64,000 nt of DNA, from positions 2,240 through 66,239 of the forward strand of contig DCGX01000057.1 in NCBI GenBank assembly GCA_002315505.1, read 5' to 3'. This DNA is from Ruminococcaceae bacterium UBA1767 (GTDB lineage Bacteria > Bacillota > Clostridia > Oscillospirales > Acutalibacteraceae). Each line of letters starts with the position of its first letter. The stretch's first letter is position 1. A model generated the notes under the pieces. It made no database searches. It was given only the letters and a program-made list of their open reading frames with translations, and was not told the origin of the DNA. Positions 23,702 to 32,296 of this stretch are shown piece by piece. The position numbers and the translations under genes are program-made.

Positions 23702-25297
23702 ATGAGTATGGATAAAAAAGTAAGAAGTAATAAAATAGTTGCTGTGATTCTGTCACTGACAATTCTTTTGACAATGTTCGGTGTCGGAGCAATCCACGCA
23801 GCCGCAGCAGCATACCCCTCTGTAACTCTCGACGTACCGAGAATAAGCCAGCGACCGAATACAGGTGACTGTGCTATCGCCTCAATAGCTACTGTCGAAG
23901 CATTTATGTATGGTTACCCGTCGGGTGACTACACTTCGAAAATTTACAATGCAGTTTACGAAGCAAACGATTATTCAATCGGAGCTAACTGGTATCAGCT
24001 CGGCTATTATTCAGCCGGTAATTTTAATATGAAAACAGCCTACGAACAGCTTGCTTCAGGTTACCCTGTTATCGCTTACAGGTCAAGCTCTCATTATTCG
24101 GTTGTATATGCTTATGTCGGTGACCCGAACAACCTTGAGCTCAGCGGATTTATGATTGAGGACGTTGATGACTCATACAACGACACAAATGCAAAGAAGA
24201 CCCTTACCAAATGGGTCGGAAGCTACCAACTCGGTCAGATGGTTATAAGAAAAGACGGACTTCCTGTTCCTCAGTCAAAAATCACAATTACCTGTAATCA
24301 TCCTCCGAGATATCTCATTAAGGGACAGACTTTCAGCATTTGCGGTAACATTGTTTCAAAGTACACTATCAAGTCGGTTTCTGTTTCGATTCTCGATTCT
24401 GCAGGCAAGGTTGCAAATTCTTCAACATACTCTGGTTCTTCATCTTCAAATGTATTTTATATTTCGAATGCAGATTCCTCAATGAATTTCAGCAAGCTGG
24501 CTGTCGGCGATTATACATATAAAATCGTTGCGAAGGATTCTTCGGGCGACAGTGTAACATATTCATTCAAATTCTCAGTCGTTTCGGGTGGCTCATCCAT
24601 TCCGTCAACACCTACCACCTACGCTTCGCAGAGAGCAACATCTGAAACAACGAAGGTTGTTTCATACACAGCCAAGGTTACTGCAGACCCGAGTCTTAAT
24701 CTTCGTTCGGGCGCAGACGAAACATATCAGGTTCTCGACTCAATTCCAAAGGGCACAACAATTACAATCAGTGCAGTTACCAAGGAATGGGGTAAAACAA
24801 GCTACAACGGTCATACAGGCTGGGTTAAGCTCTCATACACGCAGGAGGTTGTAACCCAGAGAACAACGACTACTACCACAACAAAGCTGAGTACTACTCA
24901 GCCGACAACAAGACCAAGCACATCTACAAGCTCCTATGTCAGAACAAATACAGGTGCTGTGATGCGTTCAAGTGCAACAATGTTCTCATCTAATCTTTTG
25001 ACAATTCCGACAAACACCATTCTCAGAGTATTATCAATTAACGGAAACTGGTACAAGGTTTCCTACAACGGAAAAACAGGCTGGATTCTTTATTCCACCT
25101 GCGTTCTCAAAGTCGGTGACGTTGACTCCGACAGCAAGATATCCTCAACTGATGCGCTCGTTGTACTAAAAGCTTCAGTTGGCTCAACAAAATTAAGTGA
25201 TGCTCAGAAAACTGTTGCCGATCTCGACGGAAACAGTAAAGTTAATTCCGCAGATGCACTGATAATTCTTAAAATAGTTGTAGGAAATTACAACTGA
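23702..25297 (+). CDS. secreted multidomain protein: C39-like cysteine peptidase domain, Ig-like region, two SH3b-like domains, Thr-rich linker and C-terminal type-I dockerin
   Basis: Signal peptide (ILLTMFGVGAIHAAAA). GDCAIASIATVEAF catalytic-Cys context with a downstream SSSHYSVVYAY. Two WGKTSYNGHTGWV / WYKVSYNGKTGWI SH3b-like blocks. Dockerin duplicate GDVDSDSKISSTDALVVLK / ADLDGNSKVNSADALIILK. Start is the ATG at 23702 or 23708. Confidence 0.7.
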   Translation: MSMDKKVRSNKIVAVILSLTILLTMFGVGAIHAAAAAYPSVTLDVPRISQRPNTGDCAIASIATVEAFMYGYPSGDYTSKIYNAVYEANDYSIGANWYQLGYYSAGNFNMKTAYEQLASGYPVIAYRSSSHYSVVYAYVGDPNNLELSGFMIEDVDDSYNDTNAKKTLTKWVGSYQLGQMVIRKDGLPVPQSKITITCNHPPRYLIKGQTFSICGNIVSKYTIKSVSVSILDSAGKVANSSTYSGSSSSNVFYISNADSSMNFSKLAVGDYTYKIVAKDSSGDSVTYSFKFSVVSGGSSIPSTPTTYASQRATSETTKVVSYTAKVTADPSLNLRSGADETYQVLDSIPKGTTITISAVTKEWGKTSYNGHTGWVKLSYTQEVVTQRTTTTTTTKLSTTQPTTRPSTSTSSYVRTNTGAVMRSSATMFSSNLLTIPTNTILRVLSINGNWYKVSYNGKTGWILYSTCVLKVGDVDSDSKISSTDALVVLKASVGSTKLSDAQKTVADLDGNSKVNSADALIILKIVVGNYN

Positions 25298-25381
25298 ATT
25301 ACAAAAAACACTTGAAAAATTCACAAAAATAGTTTATTATATTACCAATGATATTTTGATTTTAAATCGGAGGAATTTTAT

Positions 25382-25939
25382 ATGGTATCAGCAGGCGATT
25401 TCAGAAACGGTGTAACATTTGAGGAAGACGGCAACGTACTTCAGGTTGTTGAATTCCAGCACGTTAAGCCGGGTAAGGGTGCAGCATTCGTTAGAACAAA
25501 GACAAAGAATGTTCTTACAGGTTCAGTAGTTGAAAAGAGCTACAACCCGACTGCAAAGTTCCCTACAGCATTTATTGAGAGAAAAGACATGGAATACTCA
25601 TACAGTGACGGTGATCTCTATTACTTCATGGATCCGGAGTCATATGAGCTTGTTCCAATTAACGGCGCAGATCTTTCTGACAACTTCAAGTTCGTTAAGG
25701 ACGGAATGGTTTGTAAAATCCTTTCTTACAAGGGTAAGGTTTTCGGCGTAGAGCCACCGACATTTGTTGAGCTTGAAATCACACAGACAGACCCTGGCTT
25801 TGCAGGCAACACAGCTACTAATGCTACTAAGCCGGCAACAGTTGAAACAGGCGCTGAAATCAAGGTTCCACTCTTCATCAACGAAGGTGAGAAGGTTCAG
25901 ATTGATACTCGTACAGGCGAGTACCTCGGCAGAGCATAA
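25382..25939 (+). CDS. efp: elongation factor P
   Basis: [19 protein letters not shown] loop and full EF-P length. Confidence 0.97.
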   Translation: MVSAGDFRNGVTFEEDGNVLQVVEFQHVKPGKGAAFVRTKTKNVLTGSVVEKSYNPTAKFPTAFIERKDMEYSYSDGDLYYFMDPESYELVPINGADLSDNFKFVKDGMVCKILSYKGKVFGVEPPTFVELEITQTDPGFAGNTATNATKPATVETGAEIKVPLFINEGEKVQIDTRTGEYLGRA

Positions 25940-25958
25940 TTGAAAGGATGATTTTATC

Positions 25959-26387
25959 ATGATGACAGTTACAGAAAAGGCTGCATATCTTAAAGGTCTT
26001 GCAGAAATGGCTCATTTCGACAAGGAAACAGATGAAGTTAAGCTCATCAAGGCTATGATTGATGTAATCGACGAGATGGCACTTTCTATCGCTGATCTTG
26101 AAGACGAGCTTGCTATGGTTACAGAACAGCTTGACGAGGTTGACGAGGATCTCGGCGATCTTGAAGAGTACATCTACGACGATGACGATGATTGTGACTG
26201 CGATTGCGACTGTGGTTGTGATTGCTGTGATGACGAGTATTTCGAGGCTGAGTGCCCGAAGTGCGGTGAGGTTATCTGCCTTGACGAAAGCATTCTCGAC
26301 GAGGAATCAATTGAGTGCCCTAACTGTGGCGAAATCCTCGAATTCGATTTCGATTGCGAATGCGATTGTGAAGATTGCGAAGACTAA
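25959..26387 (+). CDS. acidic Cys/Asp-rich zinc-ribbon protein of unknown function
   Basis: Helical, Cys-free N-terminal half. The C-terminal 64 residues hold 16 Cys: DDDDDCDCDCDCGCDCCDD, CPKCG...CPNCG ribbon, DCECDCEDCED. Confidence 0.6.
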   Translation: MMTVTEKAAYLKGLAEMAHFDKETDEVKLIKAMIDVIDEMALSIADLEDELAMVTEQLDEVDEDLGDLEEYIYDDDDDCDCDCDCGCDCCDDEYFEAECPKCGEVICLDESILDEESIECPNCGEILEFDFDCECDCEDCED

Positions 26388-26401
26388 TCATTAAACACTG
26401 A

Positions 26402-26434
26402 AAGGGTAACCATCCGGTTGCCCTTTTTCTTTTA
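26402..26434 (+). terminator. rho-independent terminator
   Basis: AAGGGTAACC-atcc-GGTTGCCCTT followed by TTTCTTTT. Confidence 0.8.
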
Positions 26435-26446
26435 CGGAGAATTATT

Positions 26447-26992
26447 ATGAATCTTGATGAAAAAACCGTTCGGAAAAACTACATATATAACGGAAGAATT
26501 ATTAACGTCCGTCGTGACGATGCGCTTCTCCCCGACGGGAATCCGTGCATAAGAGAGGTTGTTGAGCATCCAGGTGGAGTGTGTATCGGAGCAATTACCG
26601 ACAACGATGAATTATTATTTGTCCGTCAGTTCAGATATCCTTATATGGAGGTCATCTATGAGCTTCCTGCAGGCAAGCTTGAAAAAGGTGAAGACCCGTT
26701 TGAAAGCGGAAAACGTGAGCTTGAAGAGGAAGCAGGCTGTGTTGCAGATGAGTACAGAGATATGGGTAAGTTCTACCCTACCCCGGGCTATTGCGGAGAG
26801 ATAATTCATCTTTATGCCGCAAAGAAGCTCACATTCACTCAGCAGAATCTTGATATTGATGAATTTCTCAGCGTTGAGAAAATACCACTCGACAAAGCTG
26901 TCGAAATGGTACTCAACAATGAAATTCGTGACGGAAAAACTCAGGCTCTTGTATTAAAAATAAAAATGCTTCGTGATAAGGGGCAGTGGTGA
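26447..26992 (+). CDS. NUDIX hydrolase (ADP-ribose pyrophosphatase-like)
   Basis: Nudix box GKLEKGEDPFESGKRELEEEAG. Confidence 0.8.
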   Translation: MNLDEKTVRKNYIYNGRIINVRRDDALLPDGNPCIREVVEHPGGVCIGAITDNDELLFVRQFRYPYMEVIYELPAGKLEKGEDPFESGKRELEEEAGCVADEYRDMGKFYPTPGYCGEIIHLYAAKKLTFTQQNLDIDEFLSVEKIPLDKAVEMVLNNEIRDGKTQALVLKIKMLRDKGQW

Positions 26993-27567
26993 TGAAAAAT
27001 ATTATTTTGGCCTCAGGCTCTCCACGTCGCAAAGAGCTTATGACTCTTGCAGGACTTGATTTTGAAATCAAGGTTGCAGACGTCGACGAAACCTTGCCCG
27101 AGGGCATTGCACCGTTTGATGCAGTGAAAATGCTCTCACTAAAAAAGGCTAAGGCTGTTGCAGATGAATACACAGACAAAATCGTTATCGGTGCAGACAC
27201 GGTTGTTGCGTTTGACGGTAAAATTTTAGGTAAACCGACAGACAAAAACGATGCTTTTGAAATGCTTCGTATGCTTTCGGGTCAGACACACAAGGTTTAT
27301 ACCGGTGTTGCGATTATCTGCAATGACACGATATGCAACTTTTACGAAGAAACCGACGTTGAATTCTATCCCCTCACCGATGATGAAATTATCAGCTATA
27401 TAAATACAGGTGAGCCGATGGATAAGGCAGGTGCCTATGGTATTCAGGGCAAGGGTTGTGTTCTTGTTAAAAGAATTAACGGTGACTATTCAAATGTTGT
27501 CGGCTTGCCGATTGCAAGATTATCAAGGGAGTTGAAAAATTATGGAGGAAATTTTATTAGCGATTAG
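26989..27567 (+). CDS. maf: Maf-family nucleoside triphosphate pyrophosphatase / septum formation inhibitor
   Basis: ILASGSPRRKELM, GADTVV, GAYGIQG motifs. Confidence 0.9.
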   Translation: MMKNIILASGSPRRKELMTLAGLDFEIKVADVDETLPEGIAPFDAVKMLSLKKAKAVADEYTDKIVIGADTVVAFDGKILGKPTDKNDAFEMLRMLSGQTHKVYTGVAIICNDTICNFYEETDVEFYPLTDDEIISYINTGEPMDKAGAYGIQGKGCVLVKRINGDYSNVVGLPIARLSRELKNYGGNFISD

Positions 27568-27820
27568 CTCAAATTCACGTGAAATTTACAATTATGCAGA
27601 AAAGCTCAATGAAACAAACAGCCAATATGAAATAATTGCATGGGTCATTGTTTTAGTTGCAGTTATCGCTGCCTGCGTTTTTTTCAGCCTTGGATGGCCT
27701 AAGTTAAGCGAAAAGCTCAAGCAGAAAAAGGAAGAAAAGAAATCAACCGAAAACGCTGAGAATCAGAAGGCTGAGCTTGACAGACTTCATAAAATTAAAG
27801 AGCAGAATAAAAGAAAATAA
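27542..27820 (+). CDS. hypothetical small single-pass membrane protein with a Lys/Glu-rich tail
   Basis: AGGGAG RBS, one TM helix (IIAWVIVLVAVIAACVFFSLGW), overlaps the end of maf. Confidence 0.4.
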   Translation: MEEILLAISSNSREIYNYAEKLNETNSQYEIIAWVIVLVAVIAACVFFSLGWPKLSEKLKQKKEEKKSTENAENQKAELDRLHKIKEQNKRK

Positions 27821-27834
27821 TTAACAGAACATAA

Positions 27835-27874
27835 AAAGAAGAATTCCAGATAAACTCATCCGGAATTCTTCTTT
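27835..27874. terminator. bidirectional terminator between convergent genes
   Basis: Perfect 13-bp stem AAAGAAGAATTCC...GGAATTCTTCTTT, flanked by an A-run and a T-run. Confidence 0.8.
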
Positions 27875-27895
27875 AATTTTATTTATCGCTTTGAA

Positions 27896-28462
27896 TTAAA
27901 ATCCTGCAATATGTCTTACTGTCTGAATAAACACATTAAGAACTCCTGCAAGAACGCCTCTGAGCTTCGAAATAATTGTCTCGAAAACTGACGGCTCTGT
28001 TGGCTCGTCCGGTGTGTCAGGTTCATCAGGTGTGTCCGGGTTTGTTTGCTTACCAGTACACTCAAAGGTCAATTTAAGTGTTGCAACCTTATTAGCCTCA
28101 TCAATTTCAATTCTGTCAGGTGCCTGGTCATTGATTGTAGCTACAAAATTGCTGAACTCGTAGCCTTCGTTAGCAGTTACAACAACTGTTACTGTGTATG
28201 TTTCACCCTTAACAAATGTGAAATTCTCATCAGTAATATAACCGCTGACATCGTTCCATTTTACTTCTGTAACAGTACAACTCGTAACATTAATGTCTGA
28301 CTCAAAGCTGATTTTTTCGTCCTCTACAGGCTCATAAACTGCAATTGCTGCTGAGCGGACATATGTAACAGGTACGTCCTCTGCAAATGCTGCCATCGGA
28401 ATAATCGTAAGAAGCATAATTACACTGATAAGTGCAGCAAGAATCTTTTTTGTTGCTTTCAT
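27896..28462 (-). CDS. hypothetical secreted protein with a Pro/Asp/Thr linker
   Basis: Signal peptide MKATKKILAALISVIMLLTIIPMAAFA. Two beta-rich segments. PDTPDEPDTPDEPTEP linker and a hydrophobic C-terminal end. Confidence 0.55.
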   Translation of the reverse strand: MKATKKILAALISVIMLLTIIPMAAFAEDVPVTYVRSAAIAVYEPVEDEKISFESDINVTSCTVTEVKWNDVSGYITDENFTFVKGETYTVTVVVTANEGYEFSNFVATINDQAPDRIEIDEANKVATLKLTFECTGKQTNPDTPDEPDTPDEPTEPSVFETIISKLRGVLAGVLNVFIQTVRHIAGF

Positions 28463-28559
28463 AATATCTATCTCCTTTATTAAGTTTAGTTTTATTATAC
28501 CATATTATTTTATTTTGTCTATCTATTTTGAAAAATACTTTATTTTATATAAAAAAGAG

Positions 28560-28588
28560 TTGTTTATTTCAATGTACTATGATATAAT
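28560..28588 (+). promoter_or_regulatory. sigma-A promoter of the nusB leader
   Basis: TTGTTT (28560-28565), 17-nt spacer, TGa-TATAAT (28583-28588). Confidence 0.6.
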
Positions 28589-28655
28589 ATTCATAAATAT
28601 ATGCATATATACATTTTCAGGGAACCTTATAGAGTTAATATCGTTTAAAAAATCC

Positions 28656-28688
28656 AATTCCCTTGTATATTTGCAAGGGAATTTTTTT
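28656..28688 (+). terminator. intrinsic terminator-like hairpin in the nusB leader (possible attenuator or 3' end of a small RNA)
   Basis: AATTCCCTTG-tatatttg-CAAGGGAATT followed by TTTTTTT. It ends 16 nt before the nusB ATG. Confidence 0.6.
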
Positions 28689-28703
28689 GAAAGGACCATT
28701 ATT

Positions 28704-29120
28704 ATGAGTTCAAAACCAATCAGCAGAAGACAGTCAAGAGAACAGGCATTTATCCTTTTGTTTGAAAAGTCATTCAACGAGGATATGTCGCTTAACGAAA
28801 TCATTGATATTGCCGTTGAAACCGAAGTAATTGAAAAGAACGAGTTTACCGATGAAATCGTTACAAAGGCTGAAGCGAACATCAATAAAATTGATGACGA
28901 AATCAAGAACAACCTCAAGGGTTGGACTATGTCAAGAATTTCAAAGGTAAGCCTTGCTCTTTTACGTATGGCAATCTGCGAAATTAAATATTGCGAAAAT
29001 GTTCCGACAGGTGTTTCAATCAATGAGGCCGTTGAAATTTGCAAAATTTACGGTTCCGACGAGGACAAAGCATTCGTAAACGGTGTTCTCGGCTCCGTTT
29101 CAAGAAAGCTCGAGGCATAA
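28704..29120 (+). CDS. nusB: transcription antitermination factor NusB
   Basis: SRRQSREQAFILLFE start typical of NusB, and NEAVEICKIYGSDEDKAFVNGVLG. The track ORF start at 28515 runs back through the promoter and terminator. Confidence 0.9.
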   Translation: MSSKPISRRQSREQAFILLFEKSFNEDMSLNEIIDIAVETEVIEKNEFTDEIVTKAEANINKIDDEIKNNLKGWTMSRISKVSLALLRMAICEIKYCENVPTGVSINEAVEICKIYGSDEDKAFVNGVLGSVSRKLEA

Positions 29121-29123
29121 ATT

Positions 29124-30047
29124 ATGCCGTACTATCTCGGTATTGATACAAGCAATTACACAACCTCGTGTGCAATTTACGATTCACAAAATGATACTGT
29201 TTTGCAGAAGAAAAAGCTGTTGCCTGTAAAGAGTGGTGAATTGGGACTTCGTCAGAGTGATGCGGTTTTTCATCACACTGTTCAGCTTCCCGTGCTTATT
29301 GAAGAGCTTTTCTCGGATTTTGACGGTAAAATCAGCGCAATAGGTGTGTCGGATGCTCCTACTCGTGAAAAGGGTTCATATATGCCGTGCTTTTTAGCAG
29401 GTGTAAATGCGGCAAGAGTAAGCGCAAGCGTAATGGGTGTTCCACTTATGAGATTTTCTCATCAGCAGGGACATATTATGGCAGCATTGCATTCAGCAGG
29501 CAAAAAAGAGCTTATTAGCGAAACCTTTCTCGCTTTTCATGTTTCGGGCGGAACAACACAGGCATTACTTGTCAGACCACAGCTTGACGCAAAACTGATT
29601 GCAACCTCTCTTGACCTTAAGGCAGGACAGGCTGTCGACAGGGTCGGTGTTATGCTCGGCTATCCATTCCCTGCAGGAAAATATGTAGATGAATCAGCTC
29701 AGAAGAGTGACAAAAAATACAAAATAAATATTAAGCTCAAGGACGGAAACTGCTGTCTTTCGGGTGTTGAAAACAAGTGCAAAAAGATGCTCAGTGACGG
29801 CGAATGTGAAGAGGATATCTGCCGATACTGTATTGATTATATTCTTACCGCACTTTATAAAATGGCATTGGATGCTAAAGAAAAATACGGCGATTTGCCT
29901 ATGATTTTTTCGGGCGGTGTAATGTCAAATTCAATAATAAAAGCGGAGCTTACGCAGTCGCTCGGTGCATTCTTTGCTGAACCGATTTACTCCGCAGACA
30001 ATGCCGCAGGTACGGCAATATTAACATCAATTAAAGGTGACTTTTAA
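29124..30047 (+). CDS. TsaD/Kae1 (Gcp)-family ASKHA-fold protein, short paralogue
   Basis: GIDTSNYTTS, HQQGH (HxxxH metal motif), FHVSGGTTQ, SGGVMSNS blocks, all parallel to TsaD. Confidence 0.55.
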   Translation: MPYYLGIDTSNYTTSCAIYDSQNDTVLQKKKLLPVKSGELGLRQSDAVFHHTVQLPVLIEELFSDFDGKISAIGVSDAPTREKGSYMPCFLAGVNAARVSASVMGVPLMRFSHQQGHIMAALHSAGKKELISETFLAFHVSGGTTQALLVRPQLDAKLIATSLDLKAGQAVDRVGVMLGYPFPAGKYVDESAQKSDKKYKINIKLKDGNCCLSGVENKCKKMLSDGECEEDICRYCIDYILTALYKMALDAKEKYGDLPMIFSGGVMSNSIIKAELTQSLGAFFAEPIYSADNAAGTAILTSIKGDF

Positions 30048-31237
30048 TGAAAACATCTGTTTTGACGGTCACACAACTAAATACATACATCAAATCAATC
30101 ATTGACGGCGATATGCTTTTGCACAATGTTTTTGTTGTCGGTGAAATATCTAATTTTACCAATCACTACCGCACAGGTCATTATTATCTGACTATAAAGG
30201 ACGAAAATTGTGCAATCAAGGCAGTTATGTTTCGCTCGGCAAATCAGCGGCTTCGCTTTATGCCCGAAAACGGTATGAGCGTTATTGTCAGAGGAAGAAT
30301 TTCTGTTTTCGAGCGCGACGGACAGTATCAGCTTTACATTGACGATATGCAACCCGACGGTGCAGGTGCACTGAATTTAGCCTTTGAACAGCTCAAAGCA
30401 AAGCTCGGCGCAGAAGGTCTTTTTGATGAACAGTTCAAGAAGCCTGTCCCCTCACGCAATTACAGAATCGGTGTTGTCACCTCGGCAACAGGAGCTGTAA
30501 TACAGGACATACGAAATGTTGTTGAAAGACGTTTCCCGCTTGCGAGAATCATACTTGCTCCCGTACAGGTGCAAGGTGCTTCAGCCGCAGGACAGATTGC
30601 GCAGGCAATCCGTGATTTTAACAGCGGAGATTACGCAGATGTTCTGATTGTCGGTCGTGGTGGCGGCTCACTTGAAGATTTGTGGGCATTCAATGAGGAA
30701 ATCGTTGCCCGTGCTGTTTTTGAAAGCCGAATCCCCGTTATTTCTGCGGTCGGACATGAAACTGATTTTACAATCTGCGACTTTGTTGCGGATTTACGTG
30801 CTCCGACTCCATCAGCGGCGGCAGAGCTTGCTGTCCCCGACATCCGTGATGACTATGCGTTCATTCAGACTGTATGCAATCAGTGTGAGTCTATTCTTCT
30901 TGAGCGGATTGCCGACGATGAGCAAAAATTAGAAATAATCAGAGAACGACTTAAATACAGAAGTCCGTCAAATTTGATTGATGAGCGAATTGTGCTCGTT
31001 GATTCACTTCTGACAAAGGCTCTGACAAATATACAAAATAAAATCTACGACGAGCAGGCAAAGCTCTCAGCCGTTTCGGCAAAGCTCGATGCGCTGAGTC
31101 CGTTGAAGGTTATGGCTCGTGGATATTCACTTATAAAAAAGGACGGAGAAGTTATTACCAGGTCTGCAGATTTAGTCAGCGGTGACAGACTCGAAATTTC
31201 GTTCTCCGACGGCGAAAAAATGTGTGAGGTGCTTTAA
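30047..31237 (+). CDS. xseA: exodeoxyribonuclease VII large subunit
   Basis: OB-fold N-terminus (VSQLN-type: LTVTQLNTYIKSIID) and GRGGGSLEDLWAFNEE motif. Confidence 0.93.
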   Translation: MKTSVLTVTQLNTYIKSIIDGDMLLHNVFVVGEISNFTNHYRTGHYYLTIKDENCAIKAVMFRSANQRLRFMPENGMSVIVRGRISVFERDGQYQLYIDDMQPDGAGALNLAFEQLKAKLGAEGLFDEQFKKPVPSRNYRIGVVTSATGAVIQDIRNVVERRFPLARIILAPVQVQGASAAGQIAQAIRDFNSGDYADVLIVGRGGGSLEDLWAFNEEIVARAVFESRIPVISAVGHETDFTICDFVADLRAPTPSAAAELAVPDIRDDYAFIQTVCNQCESILLERIADDEQKLEIIRERLKYRSPSNLIDERIVLVDSLLTKALTNIQNKIYDEQAKLSAVSAKLDALSPLKVMARGYSLIKKDGEVITRSADLVSGDRLEISFSDGEKMCEVL

Positions 31238-31435
31238 ATGGCAGCTAAAATGACATATGAAGAAGCAATGGCAAGGCTTGAAGAAATCGTTGCCAAGCTC
31301 GATGATGGAAGTCTTCCGCTCGATGAATCATTAAAATTATTTGAAGAAAGTACAAAGCTGGCAGTTTTCTGCAACAAAAGTCTTGAAAAGGCCAAGCTGA
31401 AAATTACTGAGCTTTCACAGGAGCAGGCAGAATGA
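31238..31435 (+). CDS. xseB: exodeoxyribonuclease VII small subunit
   Basis: 65 aa; FEEAMARLEEIVAKLDDGSLPLDESLKLFEE. Confidence 0.92.
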   Translation: MAAKMTYEEAMARLEEIVAKLDDGSLPLDESLKLFEESTKLAVFCNKSLEKAKLKITELSQEQAE

Positions 31436-32277
31436 AATATACAGATTTAATTAACGAAGCTCTCCGTGGATATATGCCAAAAAGCGATGATATTGTCAGC
31501 CGTGCTATGAAATACAGCATTGAGAACGGCGGAAAGCGAATTCGTCCTGCACTTGTGCTCTCTTTTTGTGAGATGTGCGGCGGTGACATTGAAAAGGCAA
31601 TTCCACTTGCGTGTGCGCTTGAAATGATACACACCTATTCTCTTATTCACGACGATTTACCATGCATGGACAACGATGATTTCCGAAGAGGAAAGCCGTC
31701 ATGTCACATTGCATTCGGCTACGAATACGCACTTCTTGCAGGTGATGCCTTGCTTACTCTTGCATTTGAAACCGCATTAAAAGCTGACCTGCCGCCCGAC
31801 AGAATTATTGACGCAACAAAAGAGCTTGCCATAGCCTCCGGCTGGAAGGGTATGGTCGGCGGACAGGTAATCGACCTTCAGAATGAGGGTAAAAGGGTTA
31901 CGGTTGAAGAAATCGAAAATATGGACAAGCTCAAAACAGGCGAGCTGATTCGAGTTGCCTGTGTTATGGGTTGCATTGCCGCTGGTCGCAGAGATTTAAT
32001 TAAAAGCGCTGAGGAATATGCACGTTGCATCGGAATTTCCTTCCAGATTGTTGACGATATTCTTGACGTTACCAGCGACACCGCTACTCTCGGTAAGCCT
32101 GTAGGAAGCGACAATGAAAATGAGAAATGCACTTACGTTTCATTGTTGGGAATCGAAAAATCAAAACAAATTGTTTCTGAACTTACCCAAAAAGCAAAGG
32201 ACGAATTACAGAATTTTGACGGTGATACTTCATTTCTTGAAGAATTTGCCGATTTGATGGAACAGAGGAAAAATTAA
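31432..32277 (+). CDS. ispA: polyprenyl (farnesyl/geranylgeranyl) diphosphate synthase
   Basis: LIHDDLPCMDNDDFRRG (FARM) and FQIVDDILD (SARM). Confidence 0.9.
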   Translation: MKYTDLINEALRGYMPKSDDIVSRAMKYSIENGGKRIRPALVLSFCEMCGGDIEKAIPLACALEMIHTYSLIHDDLPCMDNDDFRRGKPSCHIAFGYEYALLAGDALLTLAFETALKADLPPDRIIDATKELAIASGWKGMVGGQVIDLQNEGKRVTVEEIENMDKLKTGELIRVACVMGCIAAGRRDLIKSAEEYARCIGISFQIVDDILDVTSDTATLGKPVGSDNENEKCTYVSLLGIEKSKQIVSELTQKAKDELQNFDGDTSFLEEFADLMEQRKN

Positions 32278-32296
32278 AATCTACGAAGTGAGTTTA

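Noticed and set aside
26195-26240. The TGY-GAY hexamer run in the Cys/Asp-rich gene, as a non-coding microsatellite or assembly artefact.
   Set aside because: The run stays in frame and is flanked by a bona fide zinc-ribbon coding sequence. A similar CECDCEDCED run recurs at the C-terminus, which is consistent with genuine coding sequence.
28515-28703. A 63-codon stop-free N-terminal extension lies in frame with nusB (track ORF start 28515).
   Set aside because: The extension has no RBS and an implausible composition rich in Ile, Phe and Tyr. It runs across a consensus promoter and an intrinsic terminator. The canonical NusB N-terminus (SRRQSREQAF) starts at the ATG at 28704, which has its own RBS.
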